Source of the DNA: Christensenellaceae bacterium
GTDB taxonomy: Bacteria; Bacillota; Clostridia; Christensenellales; Borkfalkiaceae
Length of the DNA: 25,952 bases
NCBI GenBank assembly: GCA_045660505.1
Contig: JAZRDW010000010.1
Coordinates: 1-25,952 of the forward strand
Direction of reading: 5' to 3'
How positions within the stretch are numbered: the first letter of the stretch is position 1; each line of letters starts with the position of its first letter. This document shows positions 24,948 to 25,952 of this stretch, one piece after another. Under the pieces are notes generated by a model that was given only the letters and a program-made list of their open reading frames with translations, searched no databases and was not told where the DNA came from. Made by a program: the position numbers and the translations under genes.

Positions 24948-24995
24948 TCCTGGGCCAGTTTTGTAGTGTGGGATGATTGTTTTTCTGGCCCAAGA
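24948..24995 (-). other. Intergenic 11-bp hairpin with 26-nt A/C-rich loop
   Basis: Minus-strand TCTTGGGCCAG-N26-CTGGCCCAGGA (G-U on this strand); no U-tract. Confidence 0.55.
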
Positions 24996-25003
24996 TACAT
25001 TCC

Positions 25004-25690
25004 TTATTTCAGGAATTTCTGTTTCCAACGTTGCCATCTTTGTGCAAACGCTGGGTCAAATTCGCAGCATGTGTCTATAACATCTGAATTGACGATTTCT
25101 GCGATGTTTTCTTTTGTGATTTCATCTTCGCCAATAATGTTAGAGATAGATATGCCACGGCGTGTCTTTGAGCAGAATATAGCACGTTTCTGTGCCAATT
25201 TGCCAACCGTTTTTGCCTGCATTTCCTGTTTGATTTTGCGTTTTTTATCACGCATAACCCCACGTGCAATCCAAATCATACGTGTGTATTTCCACTGCTG
25301 TGTCAAAACATCGGCTTTCTGATGTGCGTTTTCTTTGCGTTTGCGGTTTTCATCAATCTTTTTCATTTCCGCTTCACATGCACGAATAACCTTGTTTAAC
25401 TGTTCATCATCAGTCAGCGTGCGAATATAATCTTCTGTGTAAGGAAATTCCGTAGGCTCTACTTTGACTTCCACGTTTTCAATAGTAATTGGTTGTGGTT
25501 CTTCTAACACAATAGTCATTGTGTCGGTTGTTTTTGCTTTTTTTTCTTCCAGTAACAATTCTTTAATCTTAGCAACCCATTCCGCCGCACTTTCGCTTTC
25601 TGGGTCGGCTTCGATACGTGTCAGCAATTCCTTGATTTCAGGGTTATTGCTTTTCTGGGCATCAATATACCATTTTGTATTTCTAGCCAT
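25004..25690 (-). CDS. Hypothetical charged helical protein
   Basis: 228-aa ORF, acidic N-terminal half and basic C-terminal half. RBS GGAGA. Confidence 0.75.
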   Translation of the reverse strand: MARNTKWYIDAQKSNNPEIKELLTRIEADPESESAAEWVAKIKELLLEEKKAKTTDTMTIVLEEPQPITIENVEVKVEPTEFPYTEDYIRTLTDDEQLNKVIRACEAEMKKIDENRKRKENAHQKADVLTQQWKYTRMIWIARGVMRDKKRKIKQEMQAKTVGKLAQKRAIFCSKTRRGISISNIIGEDEITKENIAEIVNSDVIDTCCEFDPAFAQRWQRWKQKFLK

Positions 25691-25693
25691 TTA

Positions 25694-25952
25694 TTATTCT
25701 CCATAAAATTCTTTCATCTTCTGGTGGCGCAGGTTCGGGTCGTCAATCTTTTGGATTTCCGCCATCAGTGCCGCCTTGTCTTTACCTGCAACCGTTCCTG
25801 ATACAACTGGAATACCACGATGTTCAATAGTATGTGTTAGCATAGTCAACAGTTTATAACCCATAGCAGAGCCGTCCGCCAATTCTGTGATGTATTTTTT
25901 CATTTCTGAGTCATTTGTGAACACATTAGGACTGTTCAAAAAGTGTTCCAAG
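25694..25952 (-). CDS. Partial gene, possibly the C-terminus of a capsid scaffolding protein
   Basis: The frame is open to the window edge (the ORF-track M is a TTG Leu). C-terminal ...IDDPNLRHQKMKEFYGE resembles the DP...R.K....Y ends of podovirus scaffolds. Confidence 0.45.
   Translation of the reverse strand, partial: LEHFLNSPNVFTNDSEMKKYITELADGSAMGYKLLTMLTHTIEHRGIPVVSGTVAGKDKAALMAEIQKIDDPNLRHQKMKEFYGE

Noticed and set aside
620-25952. Stop-codon reassignment or readthrough
   Set aside because: Genes are full-length in code 11 and end in TAA, TAG and TGA with normal coupling; no fragmented ORFs were seen.

Overview
This window is the late (virion, lysis, accessory) region of a podovirus-type tailed phage or prophage. 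Essentially all real genes are on the minus strand and use the standard code. In transcription order (right to left) it holds: a partial scaffold-like gene, a hypothetical gene, a probable unimolecular spanin, a BppU-like protein, tail fibres, a 26-aa leucine-rich-repeat protein and a fibre chaperone. Next come a self-contained Cys/Gly-rich accessory cassette (about 17.5-20.2 kb) with its own HTH gene, holin-like genes and an HNH endonuclease. These are followed by the major capsid protein, two small virion genes, portal, tail tubular A and B, and three internal-virion/ejection proteins. The largest is a 2104-aa polyvalent protein with an ART-like fold and an HExxH motif. A partial Zn-finger gene with its own sigma70 promoter lies at the left edge. 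The spanin implies a Gram-negative host, and transcription appears to rely on host sigma70-type promoters. Two things stand out. First, three separate 55-76 nt units each consist of a near-consensus promoter firing straight into a structured RNA with a CU-rich (anti-Shine-Dalgarno-like) single strand and a U-tail; these are candidate phage small RNAs. Second, the insulated Cys/Gly-rich cassette has no known function. All functional calls come from motif recognition by eye; no searches were run.
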